A stretch of 64,000 nt of DNA from Chrysomallon squamiferum. Lineage: Eukaryota; Animalia; Mollusca. Positions 51,076-63,786 of the stretch are shown in pieces (the first letter of the stretch is position 1; the number at the start of each line of letters is the position of its first letter). The stretch covers positions 11,718,001-11,782,000 of the forward strand of contig CM022668.1 in assembly GCA_012295275.1 (NCBI GenBank), given 5' to 3'. The notes beneath the pieces are model-generated. The model was not told the origin of the DNA. It did no database searches and saw only the letters and a program-made list of their open reading frames with translations. The translations under genes were made by a program, and so were the position numbers.

Positions 51076-51988
51076 TGATGATAACGATGATATTGATGAT
51101 GGTGTTGATGATGATGATGATAAACATTTCTGCTTCATGAACAATTTTATTTATCATACTTTATTCTTGCAAAGATTGATCGCCAGGTAAAAAACATTAA
51201 CAATGAAATACAAAAAACAAAATGATTTAATTATTACTATCAAAACAATTAATATTTAAACTTCTAAAACACATCTCATTTCATTTTGTAATTACATTTT
51301 CCAGATTATTGTTTAACAATGAAAAAAAAACAAAATGATTTAATTATTACTATCAAAATAACTTATATTTAAACTTCTAAATCACATCATCATCATCGTC
51401 ATCATCATCATTTTGTATTTACTATAAATCGTTCCAGATTATTGCGCCTGAACAAACCGGCGAAGGTGATGGTGACGCAGATGACCGGATAACGTTGCTA
51501 GGCAACAGCGACATTCCCGGCAACTCCGTCAGAATGTTGGCGATGTTAGCCAGTATGTACGGCTTCTACGTATTGGAAATTGTTATGAGCTTGTACCACG
51601 ATCACAGTCACGAGGTGAATCACTAGTGATTTGAGTTTTTAGTCACTATTTTAGTTTTTTGTGTTTTTTATTATTATTATAATTATTATTATTATGAATA
51701 AAAACGTTAAGAAGTATTAAAGAAGCAGAGAATGTATTGATAGTTAAAGGAAGATTAAAAAGAAAAAATCGAATACTGTGAACAACAACGACAACGACAA
51801 CAGTAATAATAACAAAGATAGTGACGATGACGATGACGATGATGATGTTATTAAGAAGAAGAACGACGATAACGATAACGACAACGACAACAACGTTAAC
51901 ATTACCAGTAGATAAGATATTTTCCGGGAATGTTTTCAATTCATTTTCTATTATTTTGTACTATATTTTATTTATTTACTTATTTACC

Positions 51989-52022
<34 letters not shown>

Positions 52023-52147
52023 GCATGAGACAGAAATGACTGTGGAAGCTGCAGGTACGTCAAATAAAAGTGTGTCACGGATAATTTTGATGAAATACAG
52101 CACAGCATCGTCAGACTCGGTCGTGAGTAGCAACCATAATTATTACA

Positions 52148-52180
<33 letters not shown>

Positions 52181-52189
52181 TAGATAGAC

Positions 52190-52258
<69 letters not shown>

Positions 52259-53432
52259 TAATTTATATACTGTAACAGTTAATGAACTGAATATAATAAA
52301 CATTTCCTTATTAAATGTATTAATTATTTGAAAATAATAAAAATAATATAATAAATAACCTAATAAATAAATATTTTATAATTTTAAATATATAAATAAA
52401 TAAAATAAAATAAAACAAATAAAACAAAATTAAATAAAATAAAATAACAGTTATGATTCATAGTATAAGGGAGATAATCATATATTATGACAGACCTTAC
52501 CAATGAAGGATATAGCATTTCTATCCGCTGACAAAAACAGGAACTTTTCAATAAGAAATAGTATATAGTCCAAACCTTTGATGATAAAAGCATTTTCATA
52601 CTTTATCAAAATCATGATGTGGATTTGATGACTTTTTTGAAGATCGGCTCAAAATTCACGTAGCATTTTAATTTGCTATCCAAACACATTTATTTAGTCA
52701 CACATAATAAAAATAAAGGACCATAATTGTAACCAAATAGACGAGCGCTGATCGACACGAATTTTGTCTGTCACGTATCAAACCGGAAATAATTACTAAT
52801 ACCATTTTCTAAACGCAGAGCTCTGATTTTGACGACGGACTTCAAATATCTGCTACGAGTTCTTCACATCCGAATGCAGTCGATATACAAACAGAACCCG
52901 AGACATCTATTAAAACTGCAAAAAACACTTCAGATTTACCTGTTAAAGGTTTGTGTATATATTGTTTTATCGGCAGTAAATATATATATTTTTTTTAATA
53001 TTATTTTGTTGCGAACCTGATTTGCTTATATTTTCTAGAGATTAATGAATTAAAATGAATTAAAAAGAAATACAAATTTCGAAATATACCCTATTGCAAA
53101 ATAAATACTGATAAATGAATGAAGAATTACAAAGTTAATAAATAAATAAATGAATAAATAAATAAATAAATAAATGTACTTACCGAGCTCCATACAACAA
53201 AAGATATTTCCACCTTACTTCTCTAAATGGGCCCTACGATTCCATTATGACGTCATAATTGCCTAGCTACGTGATGTTAATATGAAAACATAGCTCGACA
53301 GTAGTTATTACCATTGATGTCATTGTTATTGTTGCTATTTCTTCTACGACTGCTACTACTACTACTGTTATTATTGTTGTTTTACTACTGTTGCTGCTAT
53401 TACTACTATTACTACTATTACTACTGTTGTTG

Positions 53433-53472
<40 letters not shown>

Positions 53473-53688
53473 TGTTATTATTATTATCATCATCATTATT
53501 ATTTTAATTATTTTTATTATTTCTATTATTATTATTATTAATTATTATTATTATTAATTATTATTATTAATTATTATTTCTATTATTATTATTATTATCA
53601 TTATTATTATCATCATCGTCATCATTATTATTATTGACATTATTATTATTATTATTACTGTTGTTGTTGTTATTACTGTTATTATTAT

Positions 53689-53720
<32 letters not shown>

Positions 53721-53816
53721 TTATTACTACTACTATTACTACTACTAGTACAACTACTACTACTACTACTACTAGTACTACTACTACTAACTACTACGAC
53801 TACTACTACTACTAAG

Positions 53817-53848
<32 letters not shown>

Positions 53849-54757
53849 AACTACTACTACTACTACTACTACACTACTACTACTACTACTACTACTACTG
53901 CTACTACTACTATTACTACTACTACTACTACTATCTACTACTACTGGGCTGGATGATAGTGGTATGAGACTCTGTACTACTACTTTCTACAATGGTTTGG
54001 CTATCTACAACTACTACTACTCAGCATCACCACTGGCGTACTCCTACTACTCCAACAACAACTACTACTCATCTGCCACGAGCTGCCACACTGAATGATC
54101 GTGGTAGGTGACTCGGTGAATGAGCGGATGGTTTGGCTATCGGGGAGGAGGAGCATCAGCAGTGGCGTCTCCACCTCCATCGCCGTCATCTGCCACCAGA
54201 GCTGCCACAGTGAGTGGGTGGAGTGGGTGAGGAGTGAGGAGGGAGGAGGAGTGAGGAGAGGAGGGAGGAGGAGGGAGGGGGGAGGGAGGGAGGGAGGGGG
54301 AGGAGGGAGGGAGGAGGAGGAGGAGGAGGAGTGAGTGAGTGAGGAGGAGTGAGAGGGAGGAGGAGGAGGAGGGAGGGAGGAGTGAGTGAGTGAGAGAGTT
54401 GGGTATTTTTTTTGGTGAAGACGTTACGCATCTTTGATGTTAATATTAAGATATAGCTCACTTCAGTTTTTTTTTTTTTTTTCTGTTTTTCTGTTGTATT
54501 TTAACACAAAAAAAAGCCTATGTGTTTATGTATATATATATATATGTATATATATATGTGTGTGTATATGTACGTATATGTATCTATAGACAGATATATA
54601 GATAGATAGATACATATATACATACAAACACATTCAAACATACATACAAACATATATACACGTACATAAACACACACATACATTTAGACAGATATAGAAA
54701 TACATACATATATATACACACATTCACATTTAGACAGATATAGAAATGCATACATGC

Positions 54758-54808
<51 letters not shown>

Positions 54809-54977
54809 GAACGCACATACATACACAAACAAACGCACCAGAGAGAAACAAAGACAGACAACGCAACAAAACACAGTCCATCCCAGATTAACTAAAAACA
54901 CATTCACTTACAACTATTGTCTCACTCTTCATCAACCACACACTACTCGTGTTTTTTTTTCAACACACACCTATTTA

Positions 54978-55008
<31 letters not shown>

Positions 55009-55382
55009 TAGCTGTTCATTCATTCATTCATTCATTCATTCAACGCTTGTGTTTTCACAGGCGACTTCGCGGTCCTCGTTTCAACCGGGATGTCCATAAA
55101 GAAAGCGTTATGGCTGAACTTTCTCTCCAGTCTCACGGCTTTTGTCGGTCTCTACATAGGAATCGTGGCTGGGGCGCAAGACGCGGCCAGGCAGTGGATT
55201 TTCTCCGTGGGAGCTGGGATGTTTATCTACGTCGCTCTGGCAGATCTGGTAAATATAATTGTTGTTGTTAGGGTTGTTAGGAGGGGGAGGGAGGGAGAGA
55301 GGGGGGAGAGAGAGAGAGAAAGGGAGAGAGAGGGGGGGGAGAGAGGGAGAGGGGAGGAGAGGGAGGGAGGGGAGAGGGAGGG

Positions 55383-55465
<83 letters not shown>

Positions 55466-55589
55466 TGTGTTTTGTGTGTGTGTGTGTTTATATTTGCCTG
55501 TGTTTGTATATGTGTTCCTATTTCTGTGTATATGTATTTTGTGTTTGTTAGAGTGTGTGTGTATATATGTGTATGTGTGTGTTTATATT

Positions 55590-55626
<37 letters not shown>

Positions 55627-56099
55627 ATTTGTGTACGTGTTAAGGATGTTCGTGTATATGTGTGTATGTGTTTGATTTTGTATATGTGTGCTTGAATGTT
55701 TATATATATATATATATATATGTTTATGTTTGTGTGTGCGTGTGTGTGTCTGTATGTGCCTGTGTGTATATATATAAAAGAAAACTAAATTTACCCTGTT
55801 ATTAATAATTGTCCTTGCTTTCTTTTTCATTTATTTATTCATTCATTTATTTATTTATTTTTTTTATTTATTTATTTATTCATTTATTCATTCATTCATT
55901 TATTATATGTATCTGTTTATTCATTCATTCAATTTATTATTTTATTTGATTTATTTTTAAATTTTAGATACCCGAACTGTTTCGGTATTTCAAACGATTT
56001 CGAAACTGGGCGATGTTTCTTGTTCAGAATCTTGGTATTCTTGCTGGCTACGCTGTCATGTTGCTGATTGCTATTTATGAAGACGAAATTCATCTGTGA
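45455..56099 (+). CDS. LIV-1 subfamily SLC39/ZIP zinc transporter, ZIP4/ZIP12-like, about 13 coding exons
   Basis: Signal-peptide-like start, His-rich ectodomain, CPSLL (PAL-type) motif, [38 protein letters not shown] and YED motifs. Confidence 0.92.
46287..46553 (+). CDS. ZIP coding exon 2 (5' boundary uncertain, 46259-46299)
   Basis: Open frame 46269-46553 ending cga aag|gtaaaa in phase with the next exon; the best acceptor (46258) is out of frame. Confidence 0.55.
47086..47209 (+). CDS. ZIP exon 3 (CIEKW...ALLLQ)
   Basis: attacag|tgt att; caa g|gtttta. Confidence 0.75.
48606..48728 (+). CDS. ZIP exon 4 (GNQIL...MFKLYG...MTTS)
   Basis: ttacag|ga aat; tca g|gttggt; phase 1-1. Confidence 0.78.
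49002..49306 (+). CDS. ZIP exon 5, His-rich ectodomain loop
   Basis: tttgatag|at atc gac; gaa acg|gtatgt. Confidence 0.82.
49541..49772 (+). CDS. ZIP exon 6 with CPSLL motif
   Basis: tttttcag|cta gca; gca gaa g|gtaatg. Confidence 0.85.
50093..50520. repeat. Direct duplication of about 216 bp in a ZIP intron
   Basis: cattaaaatgaaatgaaaatgatggtgactatgag... at 50101 and 50317, apparently identical. Confidence 0.9.
50691..50860 (+). CDS. ZIP exon 7, TM1-TM2 ([16 protein letters not shown]...[10 protein letters not shown])
   Basis: ttttatag|tt tac; cct gag|gttagc. Confidence 0.92.
51438..51614 (+). CDS. ZIP exon 8, TM3 (…[21 protein letters not shown])
   Basis: gttccag|att att gcg; cac gag|gtgaat. 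Confidence 0.88.
52024..52122 (+). CDS. ZIP exon 9, cytoplasmic loop
   Basis: acttag|cat gag; tcg gtc|gtgagt; phase 0-0. An internal donor gca g|gtacgt at 52054 is also present. Confidence 0.7.
52819..52948 (+). CDS. ZIP exon 10, cytoplasmic loop
   Basis: aacgcag|agc tct gat; gtt aaa g|gtttgt. Confidence 0.72.
53944..54217 (+). other. ZIP TM4-TM5 exon present as two corrupted tandem copies
   Basis: Fragments LGWMIVV, GLAI and ICHELPH, then [14 protein letters not shown] and [15 protein letters not shown], broken by indels and flanking-repeat sequence. Confidence 0.85.
55061..55248 (+). CDS. ZIP exon 12 ([12 protein letters not shown]...YVALADL)
   Basis: ttcacag|gc gac ttc; gat ctg|gtaaat. 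Confidence 0.93.
55968..56099 (+). CDS. ZIP last exon, TM8 (IPEL...[24 protein letters not shown])
   Basis: attttag|ata ccc gaa; TGA 56097-56099. Confidence 0.93.
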   Translation: MPELFRYFKRFRNWAMFLVQNLGILAGYAVMLLIAIYEDEIHL

Positions 56100-56142
56100 T
56101 ATTTTCTAATCCACAAACACTGGCTTCATTATTATTAATTTC

Positions 56143-56186
<44 letters not shown>

Positions 56187-56653
56187 TATTATTATTATTA
56201 TTATTTACGAGTGTTGCATACAAGGGACGTAACTCTGGTAAAAAAAAAACTTTCTGACAGTCGACTTTTATTACGATCAACGATATGTGAATATTAAACA
56301 TTTTTATTTTATTTTATTTTATTTTTATTTTTATTTTTATTTTATTTTATTCCTATTAATATTTTATTTCATTTCAAAATGGAACACGCACAAGGGTCTG
56401 AGCGTGAATGGACGTTTACAATCTGGTTACCACCTAAAGAGGGCCTCCTGTGATTTCTTTTTTTTTTTTTTTTTTTTTTTTTATAAATGTTTAAAATAGA
56501 CTGTTAATATTTTTCGATTACGTTCTTAAATTATTAGACAATATCGTTTTTACATTTCAGAATAGTGTACATACAACTTAAGTTATTTGTTTGTATATTA
56601 GTTAAACTATTTTTTGTCTAATTATTTAAAATTTTGCATCATATTCACCAAAC

Positions 56654-56659
56654 AATAAA
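56654..56659 (+). terminator. Candidate polyadenylation signal of the ZIP gene
   Basis: AATAAA followed by a GT-rich tract near 56683-56697. Confidence 0.4.
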
Positions 56660-57216
56660 TACTTTTCTTCTCACATTTAAGAGTTGTTTTTGTTGGTCAA
56701 GAAAACCAGTTTAATTTAAATTTATGGCCTGTAATAATAATAACAACAACAACAACAATAAACAATAAATAATAATAACGTTTACAACAACAATAACTAC
56801 ATTAATAACAATAATGACGATAACAACAACAACAACAACAACAATAATAATAATCATTTTCTATTGTTTGTTTAAATACAGAGGAATCTAAATTACAGTC
56901 TAGTCTCGATTAGTGAAATCTGTTAAAAATATAGTGATCATTTTCTGTTTGTATTAACTGTCTCAATTCCGTAATATAAAGAAGAAAAAATATGTAAAAT
57001 GTGTATCTTTTTACCGACGCACTCAACTAATTTCTAAGACACGGTTTAACAATTCTGATGGATAATAAATATAAATAGAGAAGAAACCCGCTGGACTTAT
57101 TTTCAAACTGCAGAAAGGATTATATTTATTTGTACATTAATAAATTTTCGCGTTATAGTATCTGTAATTCTATATTATTATCGTAGTTTGTTTTTAAACA
57201 AAATTCAGTTAATCAA

Positions 57217-57289
<73 letters not shown>

Positions 57290-57327
57290 CACCTTCGTGT
57301 TGAGCGAAAAATAGCCATCTATTTTGG

Positions 57328-57568
57328 AATGACGTCAAAGCATTGTTGACGTCATAGGCAAGGTTTCAACTAGAGATAACTCTAGTGTTGATGGGACTGA
57401 ATAAACCAGTGGAAGAACAAAAATAAAATAATAATAATTCAGAAAAATATAATGTAAGCTGACATTTTGTAGAACTTTAAAACGCTATACAATATAAAAT
57501 AAAAATATATGCATGTTTTCTTACGGTGTTACAAATGGATTACGTCAACAATTGTTTGACGTCATAAT
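57328..57568. repeat. Inverted repeat pair (about 30 bp arms) carrying TGACGTCA palindromes; related copy at 45090-45130
   Basis: atgacgtcaaagcattgttgacgtca vs reverse complement of ttacgtcaacaattgtttgacgtcat. Confidence 0.65.
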
Positions 57569-57785
57569 TTGGATATTTTTGCTGAAAGAAAGGTAAGATC
57601 TTTTCTCTTTTCATATTTCACATTATTTTTAAATTAGCGTTAGATATATTTAAGGATAAACATATGAATTAGCTTCTGGGATACATACGATAAATTTTAG
57701 TTCAAATATGAAACTTGAAAGAAAAACATTTATCAAGTTTTCCTCATCTATTTTTGTAGTTTATTTTTCTGTAATAATTCAAGTA

Positions 57786-57817
<32 letters not shown>

Positions 57818-58265
57818 TGTGTATCTGTCTCTCTCTCTCTAACACACACACAGGCACACACAAAGATATACACACAAACATTCACACCCACAACAAATAT
57901 GCATCATCTTAAAGTTACATATTTGTAAACACAATTAATTATTTCCATGAACTAAATTAATCATCAACAATAAAAACAAAAACAAGGTATATTGTATATT
58001 TAATTTTATTGAGCTGATGATAAGAGTTTAACAGATATATAAACATAAGTAAATAAAAGTATGAAAGAGACTATGAAGGTATATAACAGAAAAATGTACA
58101 CAAAAAAGAAGTATTTTTGATATGTAATGATTCTGATAGTAGAGTAAATAAAAGGACACACGAAATGTTTTTAATTGATTATATAAAGTTTTTTTTAAAG
58201 ATAAAATAAAATGTTGTATATAAAACATGGATTCAAGTGAAATTGTTACACAAAATAAGAAATGC

Positions 58266-58308
<43 letters not shown>

Positions 58309-59796
58309 CAACAATGACAATAATAATATAAATTTAAAATTTAGAAAAAAAAGAAAGAAAAAAAATAGGAAAGGATCAGTTATAAAATTTTTACTCTATT
58401 ATTTTTTAACAGGTTTAGGTAAAAGTTATATAAGTCATGTATCTCAAATATTAAATGATTTGAGGTGGTTCTGAAAGTGTGTACAAATGCATAAATCGAA
58501 ACATTACCTGCATAATTCAACCAGTATTTAAAAATTCACTAAAAAGGCACATATCTCAAAAACAGGAACTAAACATGAATGGAATGTAAATTAAATTCTA
58601 CAGTAATAATAATAATAATAATAATAATAATCATGTTAATGATAATAATACAATAATACAATAATAATAATAATAAAACGACGAAGAATAATGATAGCAC
58701 TAAAAATTAATAATAAAATAGATACAAAAATATTAAGAAAATAAAATAGTAATAGTAATAATAAAAATGTAGTACATATAAAAATACAATTAAATGGATT
58801 ACAAATTTCAACTACATGATTCAAAATAGATTAAAAATCTAAAAAAATATTAATAATTGCATATCATAATTCTAATTAACACCATTTTTTTTAATTTTAA
58901 TAACTAAAAATAAAGGCACAGACACAAATATTTTTTATAAAGTGGGTGATCAAGTCCTCACACTGAAACTCAAAGAAGTTATTCTGAGATGACGTTATTT
59001 TACAAAATCTCAAAATATTTCAGGTTCAAACAAGAACTATAATACACTATTCTTGTTTCTGTATCAAAATGTACTACCTGTGCATTACAAAATATCTTAT
59101 TTAAATGAAACCTGTAAACTTATAAATGGCTGTTTATGTCTTATTTGGGATGATATGAATAAACAGGATCTGTAAAAACGTATGCTTGTAAATGACTGGG
59201 TCGTATTTGTGATAACCAACCTTTACTACCAATAAAGTATAAAATAATAATAAAACAAGTTAAAAATGAATAGATATTGTTTGCCATGTTGGTGATTTCA
59301 TTTGCAGTGTAAAATGAAAGAAATGAAAAATGGCAGCCATTGTGAATCACCATGGATTTTTCTAAATACGTTTTTGGCATACTTTATTATTTGCAAAGAC
59401 TGATGTTCAGTAATCAAAAATACACAACCTCAAAATATGTAGAAAACAAGTGTAAACATCATATCCAGTGAATCCAAAAAAAATGACTAAAATTTATAAA
59501 ATGTGCACTAGAAATGTGGTAGGTTAAATTTTACAAAAATAAAGCAATGAAAAATAATTAACATCATTATCACAGAAATATAAATAGAATTTATTTATTT
59601 ATTTATTTATTTATATTTAAATCTGTACTATTATGTATGTTGTGTATGAAAGTGTAAAAGCTTTAATTAATTTTTTTTTAAAAATGGAAGGCAAAAATAC
59701 TGAATGTAATCTAATGAATGGAAAATAGACTGAATGGAAACATTAACCTAAGATTCCAAACAATGGCAATTTCTGCGGATTCTGACATTTAGAAAT

Positions 59797-59885
<89 letters not shown>

Positions 59886-62218
59886 TTGTTTTTACTAATT
59901 ATCATGAGATCAGTAATCTTTTTTAAATATGATAATAATTTTTAAAATAATTTTAAAAAACAAATATTTATAACAGTATTCAAAACATTTTTCCTATCCA
60001 GAATAATATAAAAATTATACTGATTACTGATATGAATTAAAAGATTAATCACCATATTTCAAATTTAATATTAAAAAAAGATTAAATATACCTATTAGTT
60101 TTAAAATTTTGATTATGCAGATAAATTTAATTTTTTAACAATTTAATCAAATGTATTAAAAATGATAATGATTTTTACAGTATAGAGAGACAGAAAAACA
60201 ACTATATAAAATTAAAAAAAGTAAAGTGATATGAATATTCGAGACATGTAAATATAAATAATGAGGTAATGGTAATTAGTGTCATTATTATGCAGATATA
60301 ATGAAATCAAAGATAATTTAATACATTTTACCAATTAAAAACAATTAACTGAAACAAAAAATCAAATCAAAGAGAATTTAGTAAATTTTACAAGCTAAAG
60401 ATAATTAATTAAAAAGAAACAAATTAATTAAAATAATAATAATTAATTAAATAAGCAAAAAAGAAAATAATTTAATATATTGGATAGGAAACTTAGTTAT
60501 ATATATTTGACAAATAATTAGCGACAAGCAGCAACACAAAAATTAACAATAATAAAATAAAGTTAATGGAAATCTGAAAATCACAGAAATCCAGATTTAT
60601 TTATTTATTTATTTATTTATTTAAATGGATATCTTGATGTAATATTGTTTGTTTTTTTATATATATTTGGAGTGAAAACAGATAATTTTCCCAAGTGCAT
60701 AGCACTTAAAAGAGTGTGTATTATGTCAAATATGCTCTCAAAAGAATTAAATGTGTTTTTTGTGATTAAACATGGGTCTCTTTTTCTCCAACTATCATGT
60801 CATATTCAGAAATTATTTTAACACTTAAAATTCCAGATTTTTTTCCAGTAAAGGATACTTCACCAATATGTATCAGTCATTTTACACTTTGCTAAAAATT
60901 ATGAAAAAAAAATGAAAACAAACACACACACAAAAAGCTGGTGGTTTTGTATAGATTAATAAATAATTTAAAAAGTCATGGTATTATCTTTTGATTTGAA
61001 TATGGCTAATGGTATGCATTTGTATATGTAAGTAATATAAGCACATATAGCATCACTTAGAAAATATTGATTATAAAGTATTTAAAGCATCAGGTTTAAG
61101 TTATAAAATTTTATCAGTTATTTTTGATAAACAAAACTGTATAAAATTTATTATTTTTCCTAATCACAGTAATAACATTAATATAATTAATAATTTGTAT
61201 TTATCATTATTTTACATTTTGTTATTATGTTTTTAATTACAGTATTTTAATATTAACTTTGTAAAATTATTTATTTTATTTGCTAATTCACTTGTGTATT
61301 TTTATTTATCAATTTATCTATTTAATTATTATAGTTATTATTTAATGTTTTCGGAATGGATTTTGATTTTATTGGTGTAAGTTAAAAAAAATGAAAGATA
61401 AGAATTTTCATTTTTCTAACAAGCATAACACATTTCATCAACATAATTTTTTTTTCTCTCTCTCCCACAGAAAAATACAGAATCTCTCTTGAAACCGTAA
61501 TACAAAACATTAAAAATGATAATTATAAAAATATAACAAGATTTTCTCACTACTTTGAAACATGATCAGTATTACAAAACCTACAACTAAGCCTACAGAA
61601 ATCTAGTTTTCTTCTCACTCTCCAAGCTGTACATTCTAAAATGTACCTGTCTAAATTTACAATTGTCAAAATGGCAGTGTTTTTAAAACCGGTAAGAGAG
61701 TGGTTTTACTTTCATTTTAAAAAAAGCTTTTGCTGTTGTCTCCCCTTTTATTATAAACGATACATTTACAGTAATTTTCCCATTTCATTTTAAGAATACT
61801 TCCACAGTTGTCCCCCTTTCTAAAGAATGTTTACAGTTATTCCCCTTTTGTTTTAATGAGAAGTTTTCACAGTCGTCCCCCTTTCTAATAATATTACTAT
61901 TATTTCACTAAGATTACTGAACATTTCTTTCACATTAATTAAAAATACTTTTTATAGTTCTTTCCCTTCTTAACATTATTTACAGAAATTATTGTTTCCA
62001 TTCGATTAAAATAATAACTTCAAACGGCACAATTTCAGTAGTCTCCCTTCAACAAAACTCTTTTGCTGTAAATTATCTCCCTTAATCACAATCTTTATCA
62101 ACGGTGATTAATATTACTTCCTTTTAATACACTACATCAGGATTTCATTCGTATTTTAAGCACTTATCTTCCATTAACAGGCATCTTTAAGCGATTGTCT
62201 CTCTTGAACGTCCTGCTG

Positions 62219-62483
62219 TTACACACTTGTCTCTTTTTCCCCAGCAGAAGACACTGAGGGATTCGACTGGGAGAGCTGTCGGTGGGTGGGGGGGTTTCCT
62301 GGCCGATTCAGACGTATTCTGCGAGATGGTTTGATGTTCCATGTAGCTGCATCCAGACTCGAAAACAAGTCATGACTCTGTGAGGAAATTAAAATTTTAA
62401 AATAAAATTAATATTTTTAAGTTTTAATTAAAATCTGCGATCATATAAAAAAAAAAAAAAAAAAAAAGGTTTTTTAAAAATGA

Positions 62484-62514
<31 letters not shown>

Positions 62515-63465
62515 CTTGGATGTATATATTTAAAAAAAAAATTAATATTAATAAAAGCAAGGCATCACTGAAGAATGTACAGAAATATTATTTATTATTA
62601 TTCTTTATTATCAACAAAAATATACACAGTGTGACTATTCATGATATATATTGTGCTAATTGTTGGAACATACAAAATTTATATTTTAAAACTAATTGTA
62701 TATTTATGTTTAATATAAAGATATTTTAAACTGGTTTTCAGTTTGAGTAATACTTTTATTTTTAAACTGGTTTTTAGTTTGAGTAATATTTTTATTTTTA
62801 CTTCATTACTCTATAGCATTACAGTGTGTCATTATTGTTTATGTATTTGTCTGTTATTGCCAATAAAATGAAGTTTAATTTCAAGTCTTCCATTAACAGG
62901 GTTTGAACACAGACCTCTCTGCTTCTCCAGCGAAGTTTCTCTCGTTCCACTTTCTGTCGATGTTTATCCTGTAGTGAAGCAAAATTATTAAATTATTTTA
63001 TTAAATATTATTTATCTGACAGCCAAGTATTATTAATAAATATTATTGTTATTATTTATTTATTATTATTACTATTGTAAGAATAATTAATATTGTTATT
63101 ATTTCTTATTATTATTATTATTATTTTTATTATTATTATTATTACTATTATAAGAATAATTAATATTGTTATTATTTCTTCTTATTATTATTATATTATT
63201 ATCATATCAGTAAAATAATATATAATAATAATAATTATTAGTAGTAGTAGTAGTTGTAGTAGCAGTAGTAGTATATAAGAGTAATACAAACAGCCACCTT
63301 GAATTCCAGTACTGAATGTAATAGATTTAAGTTTTGAAAAAAATCAAAAACTGGACAGGAGAAGATAATGACGTACCACACAGCTGAAAGCCCAGCTAGC
63401 TGGAATCCATATCACCATGGAAAACACAATTACTGTTCCAACAATATTACTTCTCATGAACGCAA
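62219..63465 (-). CDS. ADAM17: ADAM17/TACE orthologue, last three coding exons (63377-63465 TM; 62915-62968; 62219-62377); remainder upstream of the window
   Basis: Spliced peptide AFMRSNIVGTVIVFSMVIWIPASWAFSCV|DKHRQKVEREKLRWRSRE|SHDLF...EKETSV*. The NIVGxVxVFSxxxWIPxSxxxxCVDK pattern matches the ADAM17 transmembrane segment; canonical splice sites on the minus strand. Confidence 0.85.
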
Positions 63466-63786
63466 CTGGAACAAAAAAATAAATAAATAAGCAATGTTTT
63501 TTGTTTATTACAGGTACCTGACCATTTATCCAGCTTTCAGAAAACCGTGTTACCCAAAAATTGGCTTTAAATGAGACCCAACTGTTATTTTATCTCTGAT
63601 TTCTTAAAATTTTTATGGCTGTTGTTTTATTTTTCAAATTTTTCCTTATTTTCATCTGTTAAATCATTCTATATATTCTTAATTTGTTTTGTTCAAAAAT
63701 GTTTCAGAACTTAGTGTTTCTATATATGCATAAGTGTGTATACATAAAAATATTTGTTAATAATGAAATGCATGAAATATGTTTGA

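Noticed and set aside
53944-54217. Calling the ZIP gene a pseudogene
   Set aside because: The other transmembrane exons are intact, and the damage mirrors flanking repeats, which favours an assembly artefact.
42713-55830. Many poly-Leu/Ile/Tyr/Thr and ER/LS/CV ORFs in the ORF track (also at 25.7, 33.7 and 38.0 kb)
   Set aside because: Translations of (TTA)n, (CTA)n, (GA)n and (GT)n microsatellites.
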